A stretch of DNA of 64,000 nt, taken from Ptychomitrium polyphyllum. Lineage: Eukaryota. The position numbers and the translations under genes were made by a program. Below are positions 39,901-54,299 of this stretch, one piece after another (within the stretch, counting starts at the first letter, position 1; each line of letters begins with the position of its first letter). The stretch spans positions 3,534,001-3,598,000 of the forward strand of contig OZ316776.1 of the NCBI GenBank assembly GCA_973851085.1. The letters are read 5' to 3'. The notes under the pieces are model-generated. The model was not told where the DNA came from, searched no databases, and saw only the letters and a list, made by a program, of their open reading frames with translations.

Positions 39901-42900
39901 TGAGAACCGGGTCGTGTTACTAAAATTGAGGAGGACCTCCTATTGCGTAGAGAAAACAGTTTGCGTATGGCCTGTGTATTTAGGAATATCAAACTAGGGC
40001 CCTGTAGTCGCTTTCAAAAGAACTTTTAATAAGTACAACAATTTACCTGTTGTCTCCATTTTGAACAAGTGATTATTTTCAATCCAGATACTAGCTTACA
40101 ATGTTCCCTTACTGTCAGTGCGCATTATCACAGTAAGTTTTCTGGAAAAATAGACCTGCTTACCTTTCATTAACCAACTTCGTGTTCCTGGGTACGTTTG
40201 TTGAAGTAATGTTTTTTGCAGTTACTTTTTCTGATGATTTTGATATACATGATCTTCTTCAATTGCAGGTAGTCTGCGAAGAGATGGAGTGGCTTTCTTT
40301 TTATCCAGGAAGCCCACCAGCCAAACCTCATGATGAGCACAAAAAGGTGAAATTAGGAGTAAGTAAAGAAGAAAAACAAATGGCTCTTGGTATGGCAGTT
40401 CAGACGTGCTCGTTGTGGGTGAGAAGCTTTGGTCGTTACAGCACCTTGATCCAGCAACCACAAGGTTTTCGTGGGACCACGTTCCTGGAGAAGGGGTAAC
40501 ATTTTATATGCACTTGGTTTCTGTTTTATTCGTACTCACTCAATCCTGCCACCAGCGAGCCATTCATTTTGTTTGTCACTAACAGTTCTACCATGCATTT
40601 TGAACTAGTTTTTATTGTGATCTATACTTTGATCTTGAATTTGCGAAAGTGTTTGTTAGGAAGCACCTTCTTTCATGAGTCTCATACTAGTATTGGTGGT
40701 ATGTACAACAGCCAGCAGCGCTTGGAAGAGTGCTCCAAAGCATACAATCTGCTTGGAAATGATGGGGCATCTACTAGGTGAGCATTTTGTCCACTGTTCC
40801 AGTTCATTTGTTTTCCCTTCATTTTTATGGTACAGGATTGATATTGCTGTTGGTGTTTTTTAATGCTAATATGGACAGTTGTCCTTGCCTCTGTAAACTG
40901 TGGAGAGTATGAGTGCAATGACGCTCACTTCTTTGCGTAAGTCTTTGTGATAGGGATAGTAGCGATAGCAAAAAAGGTGATGTTTTCAATGACGATAACC
41001 AGAGACAAGATTCAGATGGAGAGGCAAATATTGAACGGTTCGAGGATGACTTATTGCGGAATTGGGATGTTCCTAACGTTACGCCCCTAAATACGAGTAA
41101 ACTTCCAGCAGATCAGCTGGGGCTGCAGGAAATGGAGCGGCAGCTCAAGCTGTTTGATAAAGTATTCTCCTTTCTTTGATTGTTTGATTGGAATGGTCTT
41201 CTTTATGTTTTCAGCTAGAGGAGTTCACAGTTCTCGAGACCTTTCTTCTCAAGTCTCAAGAGCATTTGTGTGAGAGAATTAACATTAACTTTGGCTATTT
41301 CTAGTGCCTTTGTTTAGCGTTTATTGCATTTGTAACTGCAGCAAAGTCAGGGTGTCATGCTGCAAACTATTATGTGAACTGAAATACAGGTGGGAATATA
41401 GCTTGCCAAGGCTGAAATAAATGTTCCTGTTTTTAAATGTCCGTTGTCTGTCGTATCTGACTATTATTCTGATCATGACGACCTTTGCCGCAGGAGCTGC
41501 AGAGTGTTGAGCTTGCTATTCACAAACTGGAAACGTTGCTTAAAGAGTCTGAATCTAATGGGAGTTCTGGGAGAGAAACCTTGTCTGCAATACGGGTTGA
41601 TCTAAGGAGGATATGGGCACTGAAGAGAGAAGTTGAATCACTGGAAGACTCTCTGAAAACCGAAGCTGGTCTTCTAAGAAAGAGCCTGACAGCTAAGGTT
41701 GGTCTTACTTACGAGAAGCATTTGATTTCTTCAGGATTTATACAATTTATACTAGAAGTATTATATATGAAAGAACGGATTTTAAAGAATAAAAGCTATC
41801 GAAACTCCCTCTGAGGTTACGCAGGGAACAATTCACGAGTTTTACTCCAAGTTTCCATTAGACTGTTTTACACAAATGTGTATCTCAGTCTTGTTTGTCC
41901 CCAACAGTGCCTGAACTCTAGTGAAGTTTCATGAGAGCAATTTTCTTGACGCAGGATGACAATGTTTTGAAAAGGAGCATAAAGGAGAGAAGCGCTAATG
42001 AAGAGCTTGACAGTCTTAATACAAGTTTGCAGTCAAGAAACAGGTCTGACCCTGCTAGTCCCTACATGACTGTTTTTTGACCCTATATTCACATGACTGT
42101 TATAAAGAGTACACGTTTCTTCTTGTAGATTGTTTGCTTAGACGTCAACTTAGCATAGAAGCCACACCTTGTATGCACTGGGTAGTTCCTCCAGTTGGTG
42201 TTTAGTTGTACATGATTCACAAAGAATTTGGAAGTAAATATAATACATAAGCAACGTACGAAATCCTTAAGGAACTAGAATGCCTACATAACACTCTTTA
42301 GCAAGGCAACTGGTTATCCTGGAATTGAGGGGGCTGAGCCCCCTTTATTCCCTGCTTCATCTAATGTAGAACTAGAGTTGGTACTGATGATGTACCATCA
42401 CCTATGGGTGAGGTTTTTTATTGCTAAAGAATGTTATGTACCTTCCCTGCAGTGGAACTTTTTTCTGGAAAATATTGACAATGAAGCTTATATCAGGTCA
42501 ACCTATATTCACTTTGGGAGGCAACCTTAAGTTGATTATTAGCTTTGTTTGATTGCTCAGGGAAATTTCTATTCTGAAAGGAGCGACGAATCTAGGTCGA
42601 GGGTTGGTGAATTTTGTTTTCCCTTTCTCGAATCTTAAGCAGGAAAGGGATGATGTTGTCGATTATGCATCTATTGATGATGTAAGCCTTCTCTACGTCA
42701 TCTGGTATTGGTTTTTGTACTTTAAGAGGAATGTAGGTTTTCTGCTAGGTAATGGCCAACGGCTTATTTGATGATTCTTCAAAGTCAAGAAATTCTTGTA
42801 CACATGATCCGATATTAAGAATTGTTTTTATGATTCTTTCCTTGTTATACAGAATGGCACAAGTGATTATGAAGCAGCAGATCTTGCACTAGAAGGAGCA

Positions 42901-44395
42901 GTCACAGTTGTGAAAGAAGCAGAATCTATTGAGCAGTTAAGGGGTGAGTTGGCTGCCTTAGAGAATCGTATACGGCAAGCTGCTGTGAAAGCAGGGTCAG
43001 AAAGGGTGAGTGTTCTCTTTTCGTTGAAATTGAGACGCTTTCAATTTCGCCTGACGAATTAGCACATATTATCCTTTTACGCTTCTAATAACCCTAGACA
43101 AAACTGTCACAATATTTGGATTTTTTATCTATCCTTGCTTTCTTTCTGACGTATTATTGTTTGTGCCAGCCACCATCAAGTGAAGATTTGATGCCTATGT
43201 CAAATACATTCAGTACCAACCTAACGACTAGGTCCTATGAGGATGATATTGATGATTCAGAAGTTGCTGGAGCATATGGAGATGTTTTCGGAAAGTCTAT
43301 TGAGAAGCTCAAGGATGCTAGTTCTGTAAGTTCCTTTATTCTACACTTGGAACTTTGGGTACTGTGGATGAAATTCTCTAAAAAAATTCAGTACTATCTC
43401 TTGTGGGCGTCCTTGTTATTCAGTTGACTTAACATGTTGTGGTGTGACTTGGACCAGGATGCATGGAGGGGCACTGTTCTTCTGGGAAGTGATGTAGGTG
43501 TTGCAGTGTTGCTCTTGAAACGAAGTGTTGCTGGTCAGGAACTCACCAATCGGGAACAAAAGATACTGAAAAGAACATTTACTGATCTAGCTTCAGTTAT
43601 ACCCATTGGATTTCTTATGTTATTGCCTGTAAGACGCCAAAGTCCTCTCTCGAGTCACTACTACGTGGTTGCTTTTACTCCGTGCCGTTCCCCAAATAGT
43701 CTAAGCACCTGATGCGAACGCTTTTCCGCTTTGATTTATATCTATTCGATAGCATCTAGACTTTAATTATAATGTATTGGGTTTCTGAATGATTTCTTGA
43801 CTCCTGCCACAGGTCACGGCTGTAGGGCATGCTGCTATTCTTGCTGCTATTCAAAAATACGTCCCTGCCCTGGTTTGTGTTCTCTCCCTTCCAATTTCCT
43901 ATGCTATTTAAAAATATTGCGACCCAAACTTAGTGGAGTGCACATCCCATATATCATGCTGCTATTACCCTGTTTTTGGATTGGGCAAACTTTAAAGTTT
44001 TTTCTTTTGAATTTTTCATGTGAAGCACTCATTTTTAAAATAAGCTTTTGTATCTTCAACTGCTTTTTGATACCCTTAAGTTAACTAAATATAGTAAAGT
44101 CTATACAAAGTAAACGGTGCATTTGTAAAGCTACGAGTATCTTCTTGTGGAACCATGTAACTCAGGTGGTGTTTTTGAAGCCGAGTGCCATGGATTATAT
44201 CGTCTCCTTGTTTCGTTGATAACTTTGCTGACAGTGGGTTATTATCATCTCATCTCGTTTTCATTGATGCCCGCGTTACAGATTCCTAGTGCTTATGGCC
44301 GGGAGCGCTTAGATGTTCTACGACGGTTAGAGCAACTGAAAGAATTAGAATCTGAAACTGAGGGTTCCGACACCCGGGAGAGAGCTTCTAAATAA
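36953..44395 (+). CDS. LETM1-like domain protein (At3g11560-type) with an organellar transit peptide-like N-terminus, about 977 aa
   Basis: 17 exons: 36953-37477, 37960-38051, 38296-38460, 38810-39200, 39551-39669, 39827-39899, 40269-40495, 40712-40777, 40954-41161, 41494-41697, 41955-42043, 42561-42681, 42853-43005, 43170-43325, 43458-43628, 43813-43872, 44282-44395 (2934 nt, in frame). Motifs: WLGIDKNAW, FGFFVALGRSTR, YQLFVEVVCEEMEWL, DAWRGTVLLGSDV, RTFTDLASVIPIGFLMLLPVTAVGHAAILAAIQKYVPALIPSAYG. Confidence 0.9.
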
Positions 44396-46199
44396 GAGTT
44401 CTCTTGGGAGCAAGATAGAAGAAAGTTAGTATTGCCTTCGAGACTATCTCTATGAGATCCTTTTTTGGGATCCCAGTGTTCAACTTGCTCAAGCAAGCAG
44501 AGAGCCAGAGCATACGTGAAGCTCTGTATGTAAGTGCTTGTTATGATTCATCGCCTCACTAGATTGGTAGGATTGTACTTTATGGACGACAAAGGGATTA
44601 CCTGTGCAGTTATTTTACACTTCAACTAAATTTACTTTCTTCTCTAAGGCAGACAATATGTCGTGCAGACGATCGAATGGTGGTTTCTGTTAGGTGCCCA
44701 GATTTTAACGTCTCATTACTTATTAATCCCTAAGGGACTCGGGGTTATGAGGGTTATGATAGGTTTGCGAATGTGTTACGTATGTACCACAAGGCTAATT
44801 TGGATTTCTAAACAAATATTTTAGCACCGCCTTTGACACGCCTCCATTTAACGGTACACTAGTCGAATTCAGCATCACCACTATCATTTTCGCATTGCCA
44901 GTCTTATCTCGTCGTTGCGATCTGTAGATTCACAGCTCACACTCTTATGCTGTCAGCGACTGACGCTCTTTTAGGAGTTACCATGTACTTGAGCCGTGGA
45001 GCTCCTGTGATACTCTATGCTGGCTTGAAATGCTTGTCATGTACCCCGTGCATCTGGTATCCATTTCGTACTATTTAGTTTTATTGAATTCTGACTCATG
45101 TTTAACGAAACTCTAATTTCATGTTTCCAATAGTGTTGACACTCCTTCAGTTGAAAATTTAGCAACCTGCAGCCAGTGTGAAAGTAAAGCAGCCACTGAT
45201 TCAATCGTATATAGGTTGAGCACATTTGTCTTTCGGACTTCGGTGTGGGCAAGAGGCGAGGTGTTGAGAGTGGGTTGGGGTGAGTACTGTGCTGGATGAT
45301 AGGCACGGTTGGACAGGGTCGACGTATGGTAGTGTAATTTTGGTTTCTCCGTGCATGCAAGAGAGTGAGGAATATATATCATGTCGCTCCAGTCGCATTG
45401 ACTTATTCCAGCGGCAAACATGCAGCATGAACAAGAATCTCAACAGGAGTGGACAAAGCATCTATTGCTACGTAGCTCTTCCATCTCTGGCCACTCAAAG
45501 CCTTTGGTACAGGAGAGGCTGCGGATCAAACTGTGCAATCACGATCTTAGGCAAGGCAGAATCAGAGGCAGGCCTATTTACATGGCATGAACTTAAAATT
45601 CCAACTCCAAATGAACTGTAGATGAATTTACCGACCAAGCTTAAGCTGTTCGCGGCCAGTAAACTGAAGTGGGGAATATCATGTGCATCCGTCTAATTTT
45701 CATCATGTGATTTGATACACTACGAGTAGTATTACATCTCGTAGTAAATGTCTGGAGTTCGGCCTACTTCATTCTCCGAAACTTGGGAAAAAATAATGAT
45801 ACACAAGGTTCTTGATTTTTTCTGAGCTTTACAGATCGCAAAAATCTTAAGACCTATAGCAACGTGTTGCTGATGATTAAAAAAGTTCCAAGTTCCAATC
45901 TTCTCTTAAGTAATAGATCGTTGTTCACTGGCCTCTGTTTCACATCTTTCATCGACCGACTGAGCCCCTTTCTTTCGTTATAGGCTCTCCAGATTTTTCA
46001 GATTTAAAGGAACCGCAGTACTCGATATCTCAAATTGGTTACATCGGCCAAGATTGCAAACTTTCTAATGAATTTCAATCAAGTCCTCTCATTTTAAGGA
46101 TAAGTCAATACTTATCCTTAAAATACCGTTGCCAGCCAAAACTGGGAGTAGATCTTCAATTGCACCTCAGCGACCTGAAATTTATTTTGACGAAACCAC

Positions 46200-48023
46200 A
46201 AAGGAGGTTTGAATGTTAACTGCAGGTTCGTCATTCGAAACGCCAGACGATGACGCGGTGGATTTGGAACCGCCTTGTCCAGTGTCTTCAACACTGGGTT
46301 GCAGCATAGGAGCTCCAAATTCAGCAGACTGGCTATCATCTTCTTGTCTTCTATTGCACCATCAAGGGCATGAATATATGCCGCTTCTGCGACTGAAGGC
46401 CCTTAACAAATGCCTGCATTTGCATCAGAAAGTGGAAATGTAACAAGTCTTAAGTCCGCTACTTGTAGAATGTTACCCGCCGCATGTGCTCACCATACCC
46501 TGTCCTCTAATACACCATTTCCTAACTCAACAGCAGCCATGTCAAGCGGCCGCAGTTGTCATATCACTGTCAGCATCAGCACTCCAAAGCTGGAGACGTT
46601 GAATTCCTTGGTGGCTTTCTCGGTGTGATGCGTATCGGAGGCCATGTACCCCAACGTTCTTGTCATCATCGTTGTAGTCTCCGTCTTCCTATTATCAATC
46701 AGACGCGTAAAGGCCGAAACCTCCTAAGTTAGCATTCAACACAGCGGAAGGAAGTACTTCGGTATCCTTCAGGTTTGACCTGAAGAGCCACTCAATCAGG
46801 CTGCTGTTGCACTTCTAGTCATATATAAGGAAAACCTGTCCTTCCTCGCTGCAGCAACCACGTAGCTGCACCAGATTCCGGTGGCAGATGTGACTGTGGT
46901 GGGTGCTTGTGCTTGGAAACTTTCTTGTCCGCGCTTAATCACTTGTCTCATTCGTTTCACTGCCACTAAAGCACTGGAAGGTAGAGTGCCCTTGTACGCG
47001 GCTCCAAAGCCACATCTTCCGAGCAACCCATTTCTAGTGAAGTTCTTGGTTGCCTGGCTGAGCTCCTTGTAGATGAACATGCGCGGCACAAGTTCCTAGC
47101 CCACGAAATTGAACTTATCATGTTTCATTGTTGACGATGTACGCCACTGATATCTTGCAATGAACAACCTCACAAGCAGCTACTTTCCGGCAGCTCCAGC
47201 CGAAACTCCAACAAGTGATACCTACCTTGCTCAAACCGTATGAGGAATCGCTGCCAGAGATATCTGTCAGTACGGCGCCGAGTGAAGATGAAGGTTGGAC
47301 AGCAACTCGCTCTGGCATGCCGGAGCTCATGAATATCCAGGACTAGATTTGGTGAACCTAGCTTCATTTCACGGTACATAAACTGAACCCAATGTACATG
47401 TAATCGTCCAAAAAATCCCGTAAGGAAATATTAGCCTGAATTAGTGTTGTTGTACATCGAACCATTGGCAACTAAGCAAACTTCAAGCTTCTGCAACCCT
47501 GCTGTCTTAGTCAATCCAAGCAGTGTAGAATTTACCGTTGCAAAGATACGAGCAGTTGAATGCCATGTCCCCACACAGCATGAATTCCACATGGGGACTA
47601 TCAAATGCGCCTGCAAATTGTTGGTTCTCGCAAATATAAATGCCATTCCGTCTGCATGTATGTAACCGTAACCAAAATCAAAGTTGTTGTTGGACCAATG
47701 ATTTAGAATGAGAAGGCAATGTGAAAACAAGCAACTGTACCGGATGCCGAGAATTTCATCCTCAATGTCTCGGTGTACAATAGCCTCCCACAACTAGATG
47801 ATAACATCGATGCTGCCCTTGATTCATCAGAAAGGAAGAGTTGCCTGGATACTGGTCGACGTCGTCGACCATCAGGAAACGTTCTGGCGTGCCAAAGGAC
47901 AAGAAGCCGAAGTTGGTGTTTTGAGCTTCAACAAGCTGGACAGAGCCGAGGATAAGCTTGACAGTTAGAAGCAGAGCCATCAGCGATCATCACCGGTAAA
48001 CCAAGATTATTATACAAAGCCAT
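46200..48023 (-). pseudogene. L-type (legume) lectin receptor-like kinase pseudogene
   Basis: Collinear fragments in shifting frames: signal peptide plus QNTNFGF, HADGMAFIFA (lectin), PRMFIYKELSQATKNF, LLGRCGFGAAYKGTLP, VAVKR, NANLGGFG (degenerate DFG), TLGYMA, KAT..NVSSFGVLML, LELLCCNP. In-frame stop at 46815-46817, several frameshifts, and the HRD segment is absent. Ends are approximate. Confidence 0.88.
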
Positions 48024-51000
48024 CACCCTGAAGCAGATGATCGTGAGGCTAGGTTCAGAGTTTCTTCAAGGCTGTGGCTGTACCAAGCTAGCTGGCTCCT
48101 GCACAAAGAGCAAACATGCACAGAACTTGACGAATGATTCTCAGCAGCAAGCACCATTCAAAGTTAACGAATTGAACAATCGTACTCTTTATCCCCGGTC
48201 ACCGCTACAGTTCTGCTTCTAAAGCGAATTTAGCACCTAGAAGCCAGCGTTCAGCTTAGTCTTGGACGTACTAGAGGTGATTTGTACACCATCTGCATGA
48301 AAATACAGCTTTGAATTTGGTTTACCTGCAACTCCGCAACCCATAATCATGTCGTGAAACAGCAAGAAGAGTTTTGCCCAATATTGCTGAACCTTGTGAA
48401 CCTGGTGCAGCTCAAGCGCAGTAATGATCGATCAGTTGATGTGATGTGACAATACAATTTATTACTTTGGATCGCTCCACTCTCTGTCATACGAAGACTT
48501 GAGTATAATTGTATCTATGCCTAAAATAATTCAGAGTTTCTGTTTAAGAAAATCTAAAGAGAATCAAGGCTCTTACGAGGGGCTCAAACGTTTGCTCATG
48601 CAAACTCATATTTCTAAAGGTGATGGATTAAAACATTGCTACGGTTTACAAGATCTGGTTGTCATTCAAGTGAAACCTGATTCGCCTGTACATTCATACA
48701 TTAATACTTGCCAAAGTTACAATTACAACTAAGCAATTAGCTCTTAAAGTATCGGTTAAACTTAACCGATTAAGGTCAAACTGTCCCTCCAGGGGCACTT
48801 GAGGGACACTTTAATTGATTAAAAAGTTGATCACCTCATCTTGTGATGAGTTTTTTGGTCCATTCCAGTTCTGGATCATGGAAGACTAAGATGGCCATGT
48901 AGTGACACAGATTTTTTTAGCAACTTACTAATTGAAAGTATGTCAATTGCTTTCAAGTCTGAAAAGTTGCTATTAATAAGGAGTTTTTCAATTTAATTTC
49001 CAAGAACTTATATGTTTCATTCTTTTTTTGAAATTAAAAAAAAACATATATTTTAGTTATTCAAAAGGGTAAGCAATGTTACCAAAAATTTTAAGATTGC
49101 TTAGAGCTAATTAATGCCTTTATTAGTTCCCTTGAAGATAAATGAAAGAAAAGCACAATTAGCTTTTTTCCACCTAATGGACAAACTTAACCATGCATTA
49201 GATTAAGGTTGAAACAATCAAATCTTCACTGTTTTCATTGTCTTTGTCATTCTCCATGTATCTCGCCTCTCCTGCATTGTGATGCCTTATTTTGCATTTT
49301 ATATTTTTCTTGCAATTTTTGGGTCAATTTTGTCTTTTGTTCTTTTTCAAAATTGTAGTGTGAAGAATTCTTTTTATAAAAATCTGTTATTGTGTGTTTT
49401 TCTTTTGGAATTTAAAAATAATGATTTTAGATTCTCTTCAATGTAGAAGTGTTATTGGTAGATTATGTTTGTATAGATGGATGTAGTTGGTTAGGATTGG
49501 CGTTAAGAATGTTACTCTTGTGAGAAGTATCACATCTTGAAACCTTAGGCTAAACATACAAACTATAAGTGATTTTTTATTCATCAATATGTTGCATACA
49601 ATTTTTTCATGTACACTATCTTTACTCTTTCAACTATAAACTACAAAACCTTTGTTTTCTTCATTCTAACAAAGAGTTCAAAGCTTTTATTTTGAAAATC
49701 ATTGTGTTGGTTAGTGTGTTTGAATGGCTTTCTTGAATGTTCAAGTTACATCTGCAGTTTGGTGTTTGTGGATACCTCTACTGATTTCCAGATTATGCTA
49801 TTGATTGAGACTACTAAGTTGGACTCCTATGCGCATTTCGGTTCACAATTTAGGTCATTTTGTGCAGGGAGCAAGCCGAAATTGCTCGTGCCTACACGTG
49901 AAGAAGAAAGTATGCATTTTTTATAGAGCGCACTGTTCTCTTACACAGGAGCCCCAGCTTTGCAACAGCTTCTCCATACAAAGCCAACGGTTGACAGTCG
50001 AACGTGTCATTCACCATGTGTCCTTGCGTAGTTTCTGAAAGCACCGACATTGCCCAAAATCAAAAATAAATGATAACAGACGTGAACGAACTCACCATCT
50101 GCTCAACTAGCGCAACCTTTCAGGTGCCATTTCCTCCTGGGCCGGCAAGAGCACCCAAGCACCCAAGCAAAAGCAAAAGCAAAGGGCATCGTAAGATTCT
50201 TCAACAGTTGAAGGAACTCACCTGCGCTTTTGGAAGTGGGAAATTAATAACACCTGTGAAAAGACAGACACAGAGACAAACACAGTGGTGAATATATGAA
50301 TGTGTAAGTTTTTTTTGTTTTTTGTGAAATAAGGTTTTGACAATGGAATTATTGTTCTTTATGAAAGAGTTTTTATAGAGTCATTAAAGAGTATTATTAT
50401 TAAGATTAGTCTTTGTTGTATTCTATAGTTTCTTCTGATTGGGCAATTGCCATTTATTGAATGGTTTTTCATTCATATGGCATTCTTCAATGGTTAGGGC
50501 TAATTTCTATGTAAGTGGAATTGTCCATATGGCATCAAGTTTAGTTCTACTACTACTTCACCTATGAAATTGCATTTAATATGGCAAATTCTCCTCATAT
50601 GGAAATTTGACCTTAGAAGACTTCAATTTTGCTTTGGAATATGAAAAACTAATACTAAATTATAATGAATGCATGTGACAACAATTTAGGCCCATAGATG
50701 TGGAAGTCAAGATTCATGTATTGCAACCATAGATGACTATAAGCTTAAATGAAACTTGCTCTAATAACACAAGATTGTTTCTTTAGAGGTGAAATTATAC
50801 TCTAAGAAGAAGGTATTTAGAAGAGTTTCTATAATATGTTACAATGTAAGCTACTTCTATCATATAAATTTTGTCCTTTTAACTACAAAAACAAAAACAT
50901 GTATAAAAATAAAATTGTTCATTCAATAGGATCCTCTCACCTTACACCATTAACATGCATTCTATCTATAAATAATAATCCCCTACAATCTATAACACAA

Positions 51001-51469
51001 GCATTAAGGCATTCCCAATTTGAAGATAATTGTGCAAGCTTTGAATACCTAGGACAAACAAAAGGTTGGCATGAAGGGGCTCACCTAACTTTGAGGAGGT
51101 CCAAAATTCAAGGCTCCCTACCACGTCCCAATACTACCAAAGCTACCAAAGCTCCTCATTGGGTCACCAAACCGCACTTCAAACGCATTTTTATGACAAA
51201 AAAAAATGAGTTCCAAGTGTGTTTTAGAAAACTTTCATATGCGGAGAGGACTTAACACCAGATAACCCTCATGTCATTCTGACTTGGGTTGTGCGTACCA
51301 TGCAAAAAGGCCGGAAATGCTTGAAGATTCATTCCCATGATGAGGATGATGAGGATGATGCAGATTCCATGCAATGATTCAGATTCATTTCTCTCATGGA
51401 AGATTAGTTTGACAAAGTACCTGCTTGTCCAGATGCCAACATTCACCCTTACCAGTTGGTATTACTACA

Positions 51470-51550
51470 GTGTGCTGTGTGTGCTGTGTGTGCTGTGTGT
51501 GCTGTGTGTGCTGTGTGTGCTGTGTGTGTTGTGTGTGTTGTGTGTGTTGT
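51470..51550. repeat. 9-bp tandem repeat, 9 copies: (GTGTGCTGT)6(GTGTGTTGT)3
   Basis: Read directly. It creates spurious VLC/QHT repeat ORFs. Confidence 0.95.
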
Positions 51551-54285
51551 GGCCTGCCTAAATAGTTAGGACCCCCTTTCCATGTACTGGTAACTATAGT
51601 ATTGGGAAGCCAGAGGACAGCAGCAGCATTGATGTGCACAAACCACATTCTTCTATCCAGTGCACCCTTTCGGATAACGTTAGCAAAACCACTGCACATC
51701 CCAATTGCACTTTAGTTATTGAGTTTTTGGCATCATTGTCATTCTGCTATTGTCATCTGGGTAGTGTGTTGATATGTTTGGAGGTAGGTTTTACAAATGT
51801 TGTTGGGATGTCAAATGTTTTCTTTTAGTGTTCCTACTGAGAAGAGATTTACAGTCCTTTTTGCATCAACTATGATTACTGTGAATTGTGAAGGAACAAG
51901 CAAATCCTATATGTGGATGAACAAAACCATGCAAATCTTCTCGACTAAGCTTTTTGAGTAAGATACAACGAACTCAAAATAATCATGGAAATTTTGAAGA
52001 TTGTAAGTGCTATGATTTTGAGATGTATGTTCTTTTCAATAGAAGTTTGGATAGGATTTATTTGGGTCATGCAAATTGTAACTTGTCACACTATTGTGTG
52101 CATTTGAAAGAATTGGAACTTTGAAGAATTTAAAGCCTTTGAATATTTGAATTGAGCTAAATTTACTATAACTTCGAAAGACTTCTTGACTATGGTACAT
52201 TTGAAAACCAGTTTATATTAAGTTCTATAATATAAGGCATCCACACCTAATTTCTTTTGAATAAGTTTTATAGGAAACTTGATATTGAATCTATGTAAAA
52301 AGAAGATTTCTAAGTTAATGGCTGAAAGGACATATCAACCTATTTTGAAATGTACAATTTATTCTTATGATACTTTGTATTTTAATAAAAATCAATCTGA
52401 AGTTTTTATCATAAGTATAGCTAAAAGTATTACAAAATTTTGATGTCCAAACTATGTTCATTCTTGAGATCAATAGCTATTCATGCCCTATAATTAAAAA
52501 GAACCCAATTTGGTAGATAACATTATTTATTTGTGCTACCTTATTTGTGCTACCTTTTAGTATACAATAAGTGCATCCAAATTTAAGAAGGCACTAATAG
52601 TGCCAACATGTATCTTCTACAATCATTCCAAAGGAAAAACATTCATTTATAATATATGCATTAGTTTCAACCACTCAAAAAGTAATGCAAATAATGTGGA
52701 CGAATTTCCTCCTTTCAAGATGATTAAGGCATGTAAATGTTGGCACCATTAGCAAAGTGTAGTTTTAAGTTGGGTTCATTTTAATATCTTAGTTACTCTC
52801 CACAACTTAAACGATTGAACACCTTGGTAAGCTAGATTTCCTATAGTTACACGTCATTTTATCAACAAATTGTACAACATCCAAAACTAATAGTAACATG
52901 TGGAATACCAAGTAATATCTACATGTGTCATGATTTTCTTTATCATGGATCTAGGTGTCTCTAGCATCATATTTAAATCCTACAACTTTCAATTTTAACA
53001 ATTGCTAAAACTTCATCACAACTATGAAAAGCTTGTGTTCTCTTCTAGAGTGGAACATATTTCCTGAAATGGGAAATACACTCCACAGGCGGTTACAAAG
53101 TTTCTAAAAGCTTTCTCACTGACCTCGGAGTCTCGTTGCCATGGGAAAGGAGCTCTGGACGCCAGTGCACATGTTGGTGAATTTAAGTTGCCAAACCGAG
53201 GTGAACCTTTCATCATGAAATGTCGCTCCCAAGCTGCATTTTTCACATCATAATGTAACAACAGCTCATTCAATTCTGGCGCCCAAAAGCAATCCAGTGG
53301 AAGTGGAGACCACATGTTGCAGCACACCAAAACAGGCACCTATGGTTTCTGAAGATTCTGCAATTCTAACTGACGTTGTCAAACCTACACAACATTTTCT
53401 TAGGAGCATGATCCTCCATGAATACCACTGTGGAGTATCGTTAAGGGGATTGTAGAGGTTTAAGAAGTGACATAGTGTTCTAGTATTGTTTAATAGGTCT
53501 CTGCTTCTACAACAACCTCTTTAATGTTCGTGTTGTTCTTGTAGTAGTGTTCATAGTGGTGTAAGATTTTTCAATTAAAGCATGTTATGAAGTGAAGTGA
53601 GTTGTTTTGATTCCTTCTATATTCTAATTACATAATCTCAACATCAAATACCATAGTTACATACTAAGGTCATTTAAAAAAGTCAGCATTTTATTTCCAA
53701 AATTAGGCAACATCTTTTATGAAGAAAGAAAATTCCACCAATAGAAGATCAAGTCTACTTTTCAATCCAAATTGAACCACATCCATCCAAGTTGCACTTT
53801 ACTTAGGGAAACTTTTCAAGATAAAACACCTCAATATCATCCTAATGTTATGAAATTTAGTACTCAAGATAACTATATTTTTTCCAATTATAGAATTTTT
53901 GAAAATTTTAATTACACAACTTCCACCCTGAGCCAATCAATTTCAAATACAGACTACTGAAGAAAAAAATTTAAAATTGTAAGTTTTATAGAGCATTGAA
54001 ATTTTTAATTTCCATTACACAAAGATCTGAACCATACTCTTAAAGTTTGAGCGTACTAATAATATCTACTGCATCGTTCCTTTTATTTGATTTCTTTCTT
54101 CTAACTACATCGAAGGTGCGGAAGTCACATATTTCAACTCACCTAGATTTCCATGTCGGAAGGGGCACTATCACACAAAAAGTTGGTACTGGCCAAGTTC
54201 CAACAAGGTACAAACGGCTCCAGTAGGGCACTCATCTCCGCTGACATAACTGACCACCATGCGTAAAGGTCGATGCCACCCCCAC

Positions 54286-54299
54286 ACGCGCCACGTGTC
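54286..54299. promoter_or_regulatory. G-box/ABRE (CACGTG; ACGTGGC on - strand) with adjacent ACGCG coupling-element-like motif upstream of PLD
   Basis: ACGCGCCACGTGTC at 54286-54299, in a GC-rich promoter-like block about 1 kb upstream of the PLD ATG. Confidence 0.4.

Noticed and set aside
51337..51699. ORFs with VLC and QHT repeats
   Set aside because: They are artefacts of the 9-bp tandem repeat.
53381..53461. Imperfect fold-back (AAACCT...CTCCA...TGGAG...AGGTTT) as a miRNA precursor
   Set aside because: Pairing is broken by large asymmetric bulges, and no known miRNA sequence was recognised.
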